A stretch of DNA of 64,000 bases from Acidobacteriota bacterium (GTDB taxonomy: Bacteria > Acidobacteriota > CAIWXX01). Shown one piece after another: positions 37,363 to 47,254 of the stretch. The translations under genes were made by a program, and so were the position numbers. Under the pieces are notes generated by a model. That model worked only from the letters and a program-made list of their open reading frames with translations. It did no database searches and had not been told where the DNA came from. The DNA lies in assembly GCA_040755995.1 (NCBI GenBank), contig JBFMAF010000040.1:1-64000 (forward strand), read 5' to 3'. Every line of letters begins with the position of its first letter. Positions within the stretch are counted from its first letter, which is position 1.

Positions 37363-39309
37363 TCACTTGAGAATGAACCTCACAGTGTTGCTGGATACTC
37401 CGCCGACCCTCGCGTACACATCTACGGTCGTGTGGCTCTTCAGCCGCCGCGGTATCGTGATCCAGATGCACGCAGGCGAGACCTTCTTGATCTTCGCGCT
37501 GCGCCCGCCGAAGACAACCGCCACGGACCTCTTGTCCGAGCCGAAGCCGCTCCCGATAACCTTGGCAGCGCTGCCAGGTTTGCCAGACCTGCTCTTGACG
37601 GTGGAGATGAATGGCGCCGAGCCCGTGGGGATGACCGTAACGAGGACGTCGTCGGTGTCTGAGAGCCTGCCGTCGCTGACGGTCAGGCGGAAGAGCAGAG
37701 ACGCCGCTGTGGACGGAGCCGCGAAGGTGGGGTCGCTCGTCGTGGCTCCGCTCAGCACCACAGCCGTTCCGCTAATCTGCTGCCACCCGTAGGTGATGCC
37801 GTCGCCGTCAGGGTCGCGGCTGCCCGAGCCGTCCAGGAGCACATCGGATGCCGCCGGCACGGTCTGATCTTCTCCCGCATCCGCCGCAGGTCGCCGGTTC
37901 TCTCCGCTGGAGATGGGAATCGGATTTCGGTAGTACTCCGCAGCAGCCATCCGCAGGTAGCCGCCGTCGTCATCTACAACCGTGCTCGCACGATCGTTGC
38001 AGATCTGGCCGGTCGACACGCCGTCGCTAGTGCATACAGCGGCCGGGTTTGTCGTGCCGTCGCCTTCTCCGTCCCACTGCACAGTGCTCCCGGTGTTGCC
38101 GCATCCGAATTGCAGGCCTATGATCCCGACGTCGATCAGTTCCTGGACATGCCCGAAGAAATACTCGGCACGATTGTCCTGGTAGTGACCCCATGTGTTG
38201 TTCATCGACCGGAAATACTGGTTCCCGATCGGGACTTGCCAGACGATCACCGGCTTCGCGGTCGTTTCCACGAATCCGCGCACGTAGGCTTCCCAGCGAT
38301 GGAAGTTCGGCAGAACCGCGTTGTACCGGTCCCAGAAGGCGTCCTGCCTTCCGTACACGTACTTGTAGAAGCCGGCGTCGCGATCGGCGACGTCGTTGAA
38401 GACGAGGTCGTACCGCGTCGTGCCGCTGCCGACGCGCGCTACACCGCACAGGTTCGCGAACTGCCCGGCCTGGCGGCCGAGGGCCGCGACGTCGAGGCCC
38501 GGGTCGGTCGATGAACCCACGTCCCAACGCGTGGCCCAGTTGCTCAGGTGGAAGGCCATGAGGACGTTGGGCGCGTAGAGGTCGCGAATGTGGAGTAGCG
38601 CGAGATTGAACCCGGCGAATGTATTCGGAAAGCCGGCCACATCAACGACACCCGAGCTCGCGACCGCGGCCCTCAGCAGCGACGGGTCGTTTCCCTGCCC
38701 GTCGCAGAACCCGTAGCAGGAGCCGCTCGGGTCGAGCACGGCATGCTGCGCATATCCGGCCAGATCTCCCTCGATGTGAACGATCGCAGTCCGCCCGAAC
38801 CCTTGCACCCCGTTGTGGGTGCCGGGTCCCAGTCGCTTCATCAACAGAATGAAGTCCTCGAAATACGCGCGCATGACCGTCGGCGAATTCAGATTGGCCA
38901 GGTCGCGCCGCGATTCCGCGCAGGAGTCGCATGGACCGGAGCTCTGCAGGAGCTGGTAGTACGGAAAGGTCGGAATGTAGCCGCGCGCCGCGCACCCCTG
39001 TGCATAGTACAGAGGGAACATCGCATTCGAATTCCACGTTGCCCAGCCCGATCCTGTGTTCGCTCCGCCGCACAGGTACTGATAAGCGTAGTCCCACGGG
39101 ACGCCCGTCGCGGGCATCCAGCCGTAGATGCCGGTGTCGTCCGGATGAGCCGCGAGGCCGACGGCGAAGTGATCCGGCAGCCCCGCAGGGACATCCGCAG
39201 CCTGCGCAGATCCGAGAGGGCAAGAGCACCATAGAGCCGCGAGGAGCGCCGGCCGGCCGAGCAGGCGATTGATGAGGAGAAATCGCGGCGAATGTGAGCA
39301 GATTCTCAT
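37363..39309 (-). CDS. Secreted protein: putative glycoside-hydrolase-like domain, PKD-like domain and C-terminal IPT/TIG domain
   Basis: Signal peptide; aromatic-rich core (WDYAYQYL, VHIEGD); ADAGEDQTV..LDGSGSRDPDGD; basic IPT-like tail. The start is approximate. Confidence 0.7.
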   Translation of the reverse strand: MRICSHSPRFLLINRLLGRPALLAALWCSCPLGSAQAADVPAGLPDHFAVGLAAHPDDTGIYGWMPATGVPWDYAYQYLCGGANTGSGWATWNSNAMFPLYYAQGCAARGYIPTFPYYQLLQSSGPCDSCAESRRDLANLNSPTVMRAYFEDFILLMKRLGPGTHNGVQGFGRTAIVHIEGDLAGYAQHAVLDPSGSCYGFCDGQGNDPSLLRAAVASSGVVDVAGFPNTFAGFNLALLHIRDLYAPNVLMAFHLSNWATRWDVGSSTDPGLDVAALGRQAGQFANLCGVARVGSGTTRYDLVFNDVADRDAGFYKYVYGRQDAFWDRYNAVLPNFHRWEAYVRGFVETTAKPVIVWQVPIGNQYFRSMNNTWGHYQDNRAEYFFGHVQELIDVGIIGLQFGCGNTGSTVQWDGEGDGTTNPAAVCTSDGVSTGQICNDRASTVVDDDGGYLRMAAAEYYRNPIPISSGENRRPAADAGEDQTVPAASDVLLDGSGSRDPDGDGITYGWQQISGTAVVLSGATTSDPTFAAPSTAASLLFRLTVSDGRLSDTDDVLVTVIPTGSAPFISTVKSRSGKPGSAAKVIGSGFGSDKRSVAVVFGGRSAKIKKVSPACIWITIPRRLKSHTTVDVYARVGGVSSNTVRFILK

Positions 39310-39540
39310 CGCGTCCACGAGTCGACGATTCGGTGTAATGTCGCAACGTATCACAACTGTGCGGCTCCGCATGTGATCCCCGTCACACTGAGGTGGTCTC
39401 GCCAGACTCCGCGATCCTGCCAGCTTCCGGCGCTGGCGCGTGCGCATTAGCTGGCGCCTAGACCGGGCAGCGCCCATGTCGCGATGGTGCAGGGAGACAC
39501 CCGCAGCTCAGCCGGGCGGTGAATGTGAGCGCCCGCACGC

Positions 39541-40899
39541 TCAGGCTTCGGCGCTCTTCCCGAACTCCCCCTCCCATCGCGCCACCACCACCGTGGCAAG
39601 GCAGTTGCCGATGACGTTGGTCGATGTGCGTGCCATGTCCATGAGCTCGTCGATGCCCAGGATGATGAAGATCGGCTCGATCGGAAGGTTGAAGGAGGAG
39701 GCAGTGCCGAGCAGGATCACGAGCGCCGCACGCGGCACTCCGGCCACACCCTTGCTGGTCAACATCAGCGTGAAGACTATCAGAAGCTGGTGGCCGACAC
39801 TCAGATGAATGTTTGCTGACTGGGCGACGAAGATGGTGGCGAGCGATAGATAGAGCGTGGTGCCGTCGAGGTTGAAGCTGTAGCCGGTGGGCATGACGAA
39901 CGCAACGATCTTGCGCGGCACGCCGATGGATTCCATGGCCTCCATGGCGCGCGGAAGTGCCGCCTCGGAGCTCGTGGTGGCGAACGCGATCGAGACCGGC
40001 TCGGCTATGGCCAGCACGAATCGTTTGACCGGAGCCCGCACGATGAGCGCAACCGGGAGGAGCACCACCAGGATGAAGAGGATGAGCGAAGCGTAGAACG
40101 TCGCGAGCAGCTTGAAGAGGTTCAGGAGGATGCCCAGCCCCATGTGACCGACTGTGTACGCGATCGCGGCACCGACGCCGATGGGCGCGAACAGCATGAC
40201 GATGTTCGTGAATTTGAACATCACCTCGGCGAGTCCCTCGGCGAACTTCACCATGGGCCGGCGGCGGCCCTCCGGCAGCATCGCCAGCGCCACACCGAAC
40301 AGGAGCGAGAAGACGACGACCTGCAGCACCTGCCCCTCCGCGATCGCCTTGGCGATGTTCTCGGGAAAGATGTGCGTGATGATTTCCGTCGGCGTCTGCT
40401 TGACCACCTCGAGCTTCTCCGATGGAGCGGGAGGCGGCAGGTTGATCCCCTGGCCGGCCTTGGAGATGTTGATGGCACCGAGGCCGATGAAAAGCGCGAT
40501 CGTGGTGACGATCTCGAAGTAGACGAGCGCCTTGAGGCCCATCCGTCCGACCTGCTTGAGATCAGAGTGTCCGGCGATTCCTACTACAAGCGTAGAGAAG
40601 AGCAGTGGAGCGATGATCGTCTTTATCATCCGCAGGAAAACGAGCGAGAAGACCCGCAGGTTCACCGCCACATGCGGCCAGTCGTGACCAATCTCCGCCC
40701 CAACGGCCATGCTCACGAGAATCCACGTCGTCAAGGACCTTCGGTGATAGGCGTAGACGACCAGCGCTGCAATCGATGCCCATCGCGACAGGGCGAGCAC
40801 TACTGCCGGGACCCTCGCGACTTCGAGCGAGGCGACGGTGGTCAGGATCGCTGCGAGGCCGAGCAGCCCGAGGAACGCGAGTGCTGCACGGCTCTTCAT
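39541..40899 (-). CDS. Dicarboxylate/amino acid:cation symporter (GltP/DctA family)
   Basis: AFATTSSEAALP, PTGYSFNLDGT, TSKGVAGVPR, MDMARTSTNVIGN. Confidence 0.95.
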   Translation of the reverse strand: MKSRAALAFLGLLGLAAILTTVASLEVARVPAVVLALSRWASIAALVVYAYHRRSLTTWILVSMAVGAEIGHDWPHVAVNLRVFSLVFLRMIKTIIAPLLFSTLVVGIAGHSDLKQVGRMGLKALVYFEIVTTIALFIGLGAINISKAGQGINLPPPAPSEKLEVVKQTPTEIITHIFPENIAKAIAEGQVLQVVVFSLLFGVALAMLPEGRRRPMVKFAEGLAEVMFKFTNIVMLFAPIGVGAAIAYTVGHMGLGILLNLFKLLATFYASLILFILVVLLPVALIVRAPVKRFVLAIAEPVSIAFATTSSEAALPRAMEAMESIGVPRKIVAFVMPTGYSFNLDGTTLYLSLATIFVAQSANIHLSVGHQLLIVFTLMLTSKGVAGVPRAALVILLGTASSFNLPIEPIFIILGIDELMDMARTSTNVIGNCLATVVVARWEGEFGKSAEA

Positions 40900-40996
40900 T
40901 TGCTCGGCCGGCGAAGAGGGAATGCGGGCGCACGGTCGCGTGCGACCCCGGCCGCAGAGGTAATCGCCGGCGCACGAGCCACACCCATGAGTCGGA

Positions 40997-41026
40997 AGCA
41001 TACTCGCGCACGGCTGGAGCGGTCAA
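40997..41026 (-). promoter_or_regulatory. Putative sigma70 promoter for the symporter
   Basis: TTGACC-N18-TATGCT on the minus strand. Confidence 0.5.
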
Positions 41027-41189
41027 GACCGAGTCGAGACTGACTGGTGGCACGGCCTATCTCGCAGCGTGAGTCTTGGTGCATGTCCGTCACTTCCCGG
41101 CGCGGCGACTTGTGTCCGGTCGGGCGCCTGGCTTATGGTATTCATCGGAGACGGCGGATCTGTCCGCCAAATCATAAGGAGGGGAGACG

Positions 41190-42305
41190 ATGAGAGTGGC
41201 TGTACTCGGCGCGGGTCACGGCGGGCAGGCGATCGCTGCGGACCTCACGCTTGGAGGACACGAGGTCAGGCTGGCCGCTGTCCCAGAGCACTCGACGGGC
41301 CTGCGGCTCTTGCAGGCGTTTGGGGGCATTGTGCTCGAAGGTGTCTCATCGAGCGGCGCACAGCCCGGGTTCGCCAGGCCGGCGATGCTCACCACCGACG
41401 TGGCGGCGGCGATCAAGGGCGCAGATGTGCTCATGATCGTCGTTCCCGCCTTCGCGCAGGACGTCTACATGAGGCTGATCGTCGAACACGGTGAGAGGGG
41501 ACAGATCGTCGTATTCAATCCCGGCAAGTTCGGGTCGCTCGCGTTCGTCAAGATGCTGAAGGACGCGGGCCGTGAAGGCGAGTTCGTGGTAGGGGAGACA
41601 AGCTCCCTCATCTATGCCGCCAAGACCAAGGGGCTGGGCCATGTGAACATCAAGGCGGTGAAGAAGGAGCTGCCGTTCGCGGCGCTGCCTTCGGTGCGGA
41701 CGGCGGAGGCGCTGATGACACTGATGGATCTTTATCCACAGCTCACGCCGGCTTACAACGTCTTGCAGACGAGTGTGGATGCGCCGGGGCTCATCATTCA
41801 TCCGATCTCGACGCTCATGAACATGAGCCGGATCGAACAGATCGGACCGTATCGGAATTCCCACTACGACATCACGCCCTCGGTGGCGCGCGTGATGGAG
41901 TCGGTCGACTCGGAGCGCATGACTATCGCCCGGGCCCTCTGCTACGAGACGTTCTCCTTCATGGAGACGATGCAGATCATGTACAAGGTCAGGGGAGAGA
42001 GCGTCTATGACACAATGTACCAGATCAGCGCGCACAACGTGCAGATGGCGCCGGAAAACCTGCAGCATCGGTACGTGACGGAGGACATACCTTTCGGGCT
42101 GGTCACCCTGGCGTCGCTGGGGCGCATGTTGGGAATCGCGACACCCTGCATGAACGCCGTCGTGCAGATCGCATGCATGGCCAACGGTGTGGACTACTGG
42201 AGCACCGGCCGCACCGTGGAGAGTCTCGGCATCAGGCACATGTCCCGGCGCGAGCTGGTCGCCTACGCCGTCGTGGGAGCTCAGGCCGGGAGAGGGGCCT
42301 CCTAG
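41190..42305 (+). CDS. NAD/NADP octopine/nopaline (opine) dehydrogenase family
   Basis: VAVLGAGHGG, IIHP, HRYVTEDIPFGLV, GRTVESLG. Confidence 0.9.
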   Translation: MRVAVLGAGHGGQAIAADLTLGGHEVRLAAVPEHSTGLRLLQAFGGIVLEGVSSSGAQPGFARPAMLTTDVAAAIKGADVLMIVVPAFAQDVYMRLIVEHGERGQIVVFNPGKFGSLAFVKMLKDAGREGEFVVGETSSLIYAAKTKGLGHVNIKAVKKELPFAALPSVRTAEALMTLMDLYPQLTPAYNVLQTSVDAPGLIIHPISTLMNMSRIEQIGPYRNSHYDITPSVARVMESVDSERMTIARALCYETFSFMETMQIMYKVRGESVYDTMYQISAHNVQMAPENLQHRYVTEDIPFGLVTLASLGRMLGIATPCMNAVVQIACMANGVDYWSTGRTVESLGIRHMSRRELVAYAVVGAQAGRGAS

Positions 42306-42412
42306 AGCAGTGAGTCGCGCTGGTCCGACTAGGAGCAATCACGTGGGCGCCTGTACGCTCTGCTGGGGTCGATAGCGCAGTTCAAGATCGCCCGTGCGGG
42401 CATTCGGCAAGC

Positions 42413-43873
42413 ATGAATCAGGCCATTGTAGTGGATCCGAGAAGGCAACGGGCGCTCATTCTGAGCGTCGCGTTTGCGTCGTTCATGGTGAACCTCGACA
42501 CCTACATCGTGAACATCAGCCTGCCCGCTATCACCGACTACTTCGACGCCACCACCAGCGAGGTGTCGTGGGTGTCCCTCACGTATAACCTTACGGTAGC
42601 CAGCCTGTTGCTGATATTTGGGAAACTCGGCGACCGTGTTGGAATGAAGAAGCTCTTCATGTACGGCTATGCTGTCTTCACGGCCAGCTCGCTGCTCTGC
42701 GGCCTCTCCACGCACATGAGCTGGCTGCTTGCGGGCCGATGCTTGCAGGGGATCGGCGCGTCGGTGCTGTACGCCATGACGCCGGCGATGATCTCGAAGT
42801 TCCTGCCGAAGGAGATCCGAGGTGTTGCGTTCGGTACGCTCGCCACCGTGGCCGCGCTGGGGATAACGGTTGCTGCGCCGCTAGGCGGGCTGCTGACCGG
42901 GCTTCTCTCATGGCACTGGATTTTTCTCATCAATATTCCAACCGGAGTCGTCGCGATCATCGTGTGTCACTGGGTGGTCCCCCAGGACTCCCCTGAGACC
43001 GGGGCGTCAGGATGCTTTGACATCGCCGGAGCCGTGCTCAGCTTCACCGCGGCACTCACCTTGGTCTTCACTATGAACCAGGGGCACGAGACGGGCTGGG
43101 CATCCTCGGTAATCGTCAGCTCTTTCCTCCTCTCTGTGCTCTCTTTCGTCCTGTTTCTCCTCCGGGAGCGGTCGGCTGCCACACCGTTGCTCGAGCTCCG
43201 CCTCTTCAGCAATCTGGCCTTCACGCTGGGAAATCTGGCGAGCGTGCTGGCTTTTGCCTTTCTCGCCGGCCACAATTTCCTCCTCCCGTTCTATCTCACT
43301 CTGGTAGCCGGCATGCGGATCGAGAAGGCCGGTGCGATATATCTCATCTACTCGCTGGTCTACATGGCGGTGGGCCCGGCGGCGGGCAGAATCTCGAAGC
43401 GCGTCCCGCCTCGCACTCTCTGCACTGCTTCGATGATCCTCGGCGCCTTTACCGCCTTCGGCTTTGCCGTCTCGCTCTCGCTTCCGGCCCTGTGGCCTGT
43501 GATGACGTACCTGGTGCTCCTCGGCGTCACCTTCGGTCTCTTCGTCACGTCGAACAACACCGTAGTCATGGACATGGCCCCCGATGGAAAACAAGGGATG
43601 GTGTCCGGCGTCTACCGTATGTTTAACCGGCTCGGCATGACCTTCGGCGTGTGCTTCTTCGAGACCGTGTTCTCCCACCTGCTGGCCGTCCACACGATGG
43701 CCGGCAAGGTGGACTACGAGACGCTTCCCCGGGCCCTTCTCGCGCGAGGATTCAAGTACAGCTATCTCGCCGGCGCGGCGGTGCTTTTCGTCGCGATGGC
43801 ATTCTCATGGCTCGCCAGGTCGCGCCCGCCGACGGGAGTTTCTCGGGGGACAGCTTCTGCAGCCGTTGGGTGA
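42413..43873 (+). CDS. MFS drug:H+ antiporter-2 (EmrB/QacA-like)
   Basis: LDTYIVNISLP, GKLGDRVG, WHWIFLINIP; about 14 TM segments. Confidence 0.92.
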   Translation: MNQAIVVDPRRQRALILSVAFASFMVNLDTYIVNISLPAITDYFDATTSEVSWVSLTYNLTVASLLLIFGKLGDRVGMKKLFMYGYAVFTASSLLCGLSTHMSWLLAGRCLQGIGASVLYAMTPAMISKFLPKEIRGVAFGTLATVAALGITVAAPLGGLLTGLLSWHWIFLINIPTGVVAIIVCHWVVPQDSPETGASGCFDIAGAVLSFTAALTLVFTMNQGHETGWASSVIVSSFLLSVLSFVLFLLRERSAATPLLELRLFSNLAFTLGNLASVLAFAFLAGHNFLLPFYLTLVAGMRIEKAGAIYLIYSLVYMAVGPAAGRISKRVPPRTLCTASMILGAFTAFGFAVSLSLPALWPVMTYLVLLGVTFGLFVTSNNTVVMDMAPDGKQGMVSGVYRMFNRLGMTFGVCFFETVFSHLLAVHTMAGKVDYETLPRALLARGFKYSYLAGAAVLFVAMAFSWLARSRPPTGVSRGTASAAVG

Positions 43874-43898
43874 TGTCAGGAATTGCTATCGGCTGCAT
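43836..43898 (-). pseudogene. Possible N-terminal remnant of a small antitoxin-like (DUF2281-like) gene
   Basis: GGAGG RBS, then MQPIAIPDITQRLQKLSPEKL, which runs antisense into the 3' end of the MFS gene. Confidence 0.4.
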
Positions 43899-44049
43899 GG
43901 AACTTCCCTCCATTCCGAATATGCCACGGCGCGCCGCCTGAGACGAGCCCTGGGCCACACTGGCGACACCGGCGGGCCCCGGGCTCGGGCTCCGTCGTTA
44001 GGCGGCGATGCAGCTGCAATCGTGATATAGTAGGAGAAGAGGGTTTGCG

Positions 44050-44310
44050 ATGGGAGCAACCGTCGTATCAGTCGAGATACCAAGAGACATACTCGAGTCC
44101 GCGCGTCTGTCTGGTGCAGAGTTGAAGGTTGAGCTCGCTGTACATCTGTATGCACAGGGCCGTCTCTCAATCGGCAAGGCACGTGAGCTTGCCGGGATGT
44201 CTCTCTGGGAGTTCCGGCAGGTTTTGGGGTCCCGCCGGATACCCGCCCACTATGACGAGTGCGACCTGCGTGCGGATCAGGTTGTTCTCCATGGTGGCGA
44301 TCGACCTTGA
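44050..44310 (+). CDS. UPF0175 family antitoxin-like protein
   Basis: ELAVHLYAQGRLSIGKARELAGMSLWEF. Confidence 0.9.
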   Translation: MGATVVSVEIPRDILESARLSGAELKVELAVHLYAQGRLSIGKARELAGMSLWEFRQVLGSRRIPAHYDECDLRADQVVLHGGDRP

Positions 44311-44831
44311 TCGTCGTCTGTGATACATCGCCATTGACCAACCTGGCGGCGGTCGGACATTTCGACCTGCTCCGACAGATCTTCGATCGCCTCCACGTCG
44401 CATCGGGAGTGCTGACTGAGCTTACGGCTGGCGTGACTGCGTGCCCCGGACATACGGAGACCATGTAGGCAGCGTGGATAGAAAATCACGAGGTGCGCAA
44501 TCGGGCGCTGGTAACCGTACTTGAGCGGGATCTGGATCTCGGCGAGTCGGAGTCGATCGCCCTGGCAGTGGATCTCACGGCGGATTTGGTGCCTCTTGAT
44601 GAAAAGGAGGCCAGACGGGAGGCGGAGAGGTTGGGCCTGAACGTGATGGGGGTTGTAGGCGTCCTCTTGGAAGCGAAAGCACGTGGCCTTGTTAGCGCTG
44701 TGCGACCGCTCCTCGATTCGCTACGTCACGACGCTGGATTCTGGCTGAGCGATGCGGTATATCAATCGGCCCTGGGGCTGGCCGGCGAGTCCGCGGGAGC
44801 ACAGTCGCCCGACGAGCAGCCCAGCAGCTGA
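44307..44831 (+). pseudogene. DUF3368 PIN-domain protein interrupted by an in-frame TAG
   Basis: IVVCDTSPL...ETM*AAWIE...LDLGESESIALA...DEKEARR...GFWLS in one frame; TAG at 44466-44468. Confidence 0.85.
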
Positions 44832-45007
44832 ATCGCCTTGACGGCGAGCACAACCGGGCGTATACCACCACCAGAGAGATCGCCGCAGCCGCCCGCGAGG
44901 TGATGTGTGCGATGGCGGTCTCTCATCGATCAAGCATCAGGAGGACAAAGTTGGGCACGTACAAAGGCGTTGCATCGCGATCGGCAGAGGCGTGCTTGCG
45001 GACCCCG

Positions 45008-46831
45008 ATGCGCATCGGCAAACCACGTGAACGCCGGCTGCTCCCGGGCGCACTGCTGCTCGCCGCCGCCTCGTCGGCGCTGGGAGCCCCGTCCAGGATC
45101 GCTGAGATCAAGACGTACGGCTGCTTCGAGACGGCCGGAGTCATCATCAAGGTCGACAAGATGGATTTCGACGAGACGGCCTCAATCGAGTATCGCCGGT
45201 CCGGCGAGACCGCCTACAAGCGGGGACACGACTTCGTGCGATACGATGGGAACCACATGGCCACTAGCCTCTTCGGACTCCAACTGAACAGCACTTACGA
45301 AATTCGGGCGACGCTGGCCGATCCTGACGGAACCATGGGCAAAAACCCGCAGACATCGACCGTCAAGACCAGGGCCGAGTACGCTCTGCCCAACCCGGTC
45401 CGCACCGTCAACGTCTCCTCCCAGCAGCAGCTCGACGCGGCGGTTCGAAACGCCAGGCCGGGCGACGAGATCAGGCTGGCCGCCGGCACCTACTCCGGCG
45501 GCATACACATCTTCGGCAAGTCAGGGAACGCCGCCCACCCGATCGTTTTCACCTCGCAAGGCACGGTGCGCGCAGTCGTCCAGGGGACGAGCGATGGAGG
45601 CGTCCAGCTCGAGAACGCGAACTACTACGTTCTCGACAACCTCGAGATTCACAACGAGAAGGGCGACGGCGTTTACATCAGGGGCTCTCATGACATTGTC
45701 ATCCGTCGCTGCTACATCCACGACAGCCTGCCCGGGGACTACACCAGTAACGTCACGATCCAGCACAGTGAAGAGGCGAATCCGCCGTACGCAGGCAACC
45801 ACCTGATCATGGACAACGTCATCGGTGACGACAAGCACGACCCGGTGGACGAGAACCAGGGACCGGGGCCCAGCTACGAGAACACGCCGGGCCAGTCCTA
45901 CTTCGGCATCAGCATGTTCTACCAGCCCGGGGCCTTCGTCACGATCCGGGGGAACACCATCTACGGTGTCGTCGACGGCATCCATCCGGCGGGGGACGAA
46001 GGCGGCGAGCCCGTGCTGGGTCCGGACGACAAGGATGTGCTCGACACCTGGAGGGACCAGAATCTCGACCTCTACGACAACGTGATCTGCGACTGCAAGG
46101 ACGACGCGATCGAGTGCGACGGCCACATCACGAATGGCCGCATCTTCAGGAACCGGATCGGCAAGTGCGAGAACGCGATCACGACCTCACCCTTCTACCC
46201 GGGGCCTCTCTTCGTCCTCCGGAATTTCATCCACGGATTTCACCAGGGGTGCCTCAAGCAGAACACAGGGGTGGAGGGCATCACGAGGAAGGTCTTTTTC
46301 TATCATAACACCATCATGGAGAAGACCCGCGCGTCACGGCCGCATTGCGAAAGCGAATACTGTCTGTATCGGGGCGAGCCCGCGCTGCAGCAGGATTTCG
46401 TTTACAAGAACAACGTCTTCTTCGCGCGCGGCCGCGTCTACAACGGCGACATGTACACGGAGGACAACTACCACAAGAACGACGTCTTCGATTACAACTT
46501 GATGTACAGCACGCGCCAGACAGATCGCGAGGTCGCGTACAAGTGGGTTTGCGAATACGGCGATCCGCTCAACAACACGCGCTATGAGACGATGGCGGCG
46601 TTCAGAGCGGCGGTGAAGCAGGAGACGCACGGGAAGTGGGCCAATCCGCGCCTCCGCACGAACCTCCTGCCGGGCTACCCCGCGAGCTCCAAGCTTCTCG
46701 ACCTGCGCCTGAAGCCCGGCTCACCCGCAATCGACGCGGGTGTCGTCATCCCGGGGATCAACGACGCCTACTCCGGCGCCGCTCCGGATATCGGCGCAGA
46801 TGAGACGATGCCTGGGCGCACCTCGCAGTAG
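45008..46831 (+). CDS. Secreted right-handed parallel beta-helix protein (pectin lyase-like fold)
   Basis: Signal peptide, FN3-like N-terminus, PGDEIRLAAGTY, repeated I..N.I units, DDAIECDG, C-terminal LKPGSPAIDAG..PDIGA. Confidence 0.82.
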   Translation: MRIGKPRERRLLPGALLLAAASSALGAPSRIAEIKTYGCFETAGVIIKVDKMDFDETASIEYRRSGETAYKRGHDFVRYDGNHMATSLFGLQLNSTYEIRATLADPDGTMGKNPQTSTVKTRAEYALPNPVRTVNVSSQQQLDAAVRNARPGDEIRLAAGTYSGGIHIFGKSGNAAHPIVFTSQGTVRAVVQGTSDGGVQLENANYYVLDNLEIHNEKGDGVYIRGSHDIVIRRCYIHDSLPGDYTSNVTIQHSEEANPPYAGNHLIMDNVIGDDKHDPVDENQGPGPSYENTPGQSYFGISMFYQPGAFVTIRGNTIYGVVDGIHPAGDEGGEPVLGPDDKDVLDTWRDQNLDLYDNVICDCKDDAIECDGHITNGRIFRNRIGKCENAITTSPFYPGPLFVLRNFIHGFHQGCLKQNTGVEGITRKVFFYHNTIMEKTRASRPHCESEYCLYRGEPALQQDFVYKNNVFFARGRVYNGDMYTEDNYHKNDVFDYNLMYSTRQTDREVAYKWVCEYGDPLNNTRYETMAAFRAAVKQETHGKWANPRLRTNLLPGYPASSKLLDLRLKPGSPAIDAGVVIPGINDAYSGAAPDIGADETMPGRTSQ

Positions 46832-47100
46832 GCCGAACAGGGCATGCATGAATCGCTGATGCGGTGGACCCGGAGGAACCGTAGTAGAAGCATGAGCGTG
46901 GAGGCAGGCTGCGCCTGCGACGGGCAAATGGACCTGGCGATCACCGCAGGCGCCACGAGACGCCGCGCTGGTCGAGGTCGCCGCCTACCTAAATCCGCCG
47001 AACAAGCATCGACCATGCGGCTTCGACGTCGTCGCCAGACGCGGCTGGGTCCGAGACGCCCAGCTCAGTGACCCGACGCCATCGCCGGAGGCGGACCTAT

Positions 47101-47159
47101 ACAGCGCGTCATGAGTCCACAGCCGATTCAACGGGTCGATGCAATGTATGACGCGCTGT
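47101..47159. repeat. Short element with perfect 12-bp inverted repeats (MITE/REP-like)
   Basis: ACAGCGCGTCAT (47101-47112) ... ATGACGCGCTGT (47148-47159); related copy at 25016-25040. Confidence 0.7.
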
Positions 47160-47254
47160 GTTCGCAGGGGTGGCCCCAGGCCTTGCATCTGCGGCCATTC
47201 GGCCGCGCAAGGCCCGAGCCCTCCCCCGGAAGCCCCACGGGCATACCGCGCGAC

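Noticed and set aside
41048..41066. TGGCACG as a sigma54 promoter for the opine dehydrogenase
   Set aside because: The GC dinucleotide is not 10 nt after the GG, so the spacing is wrong.
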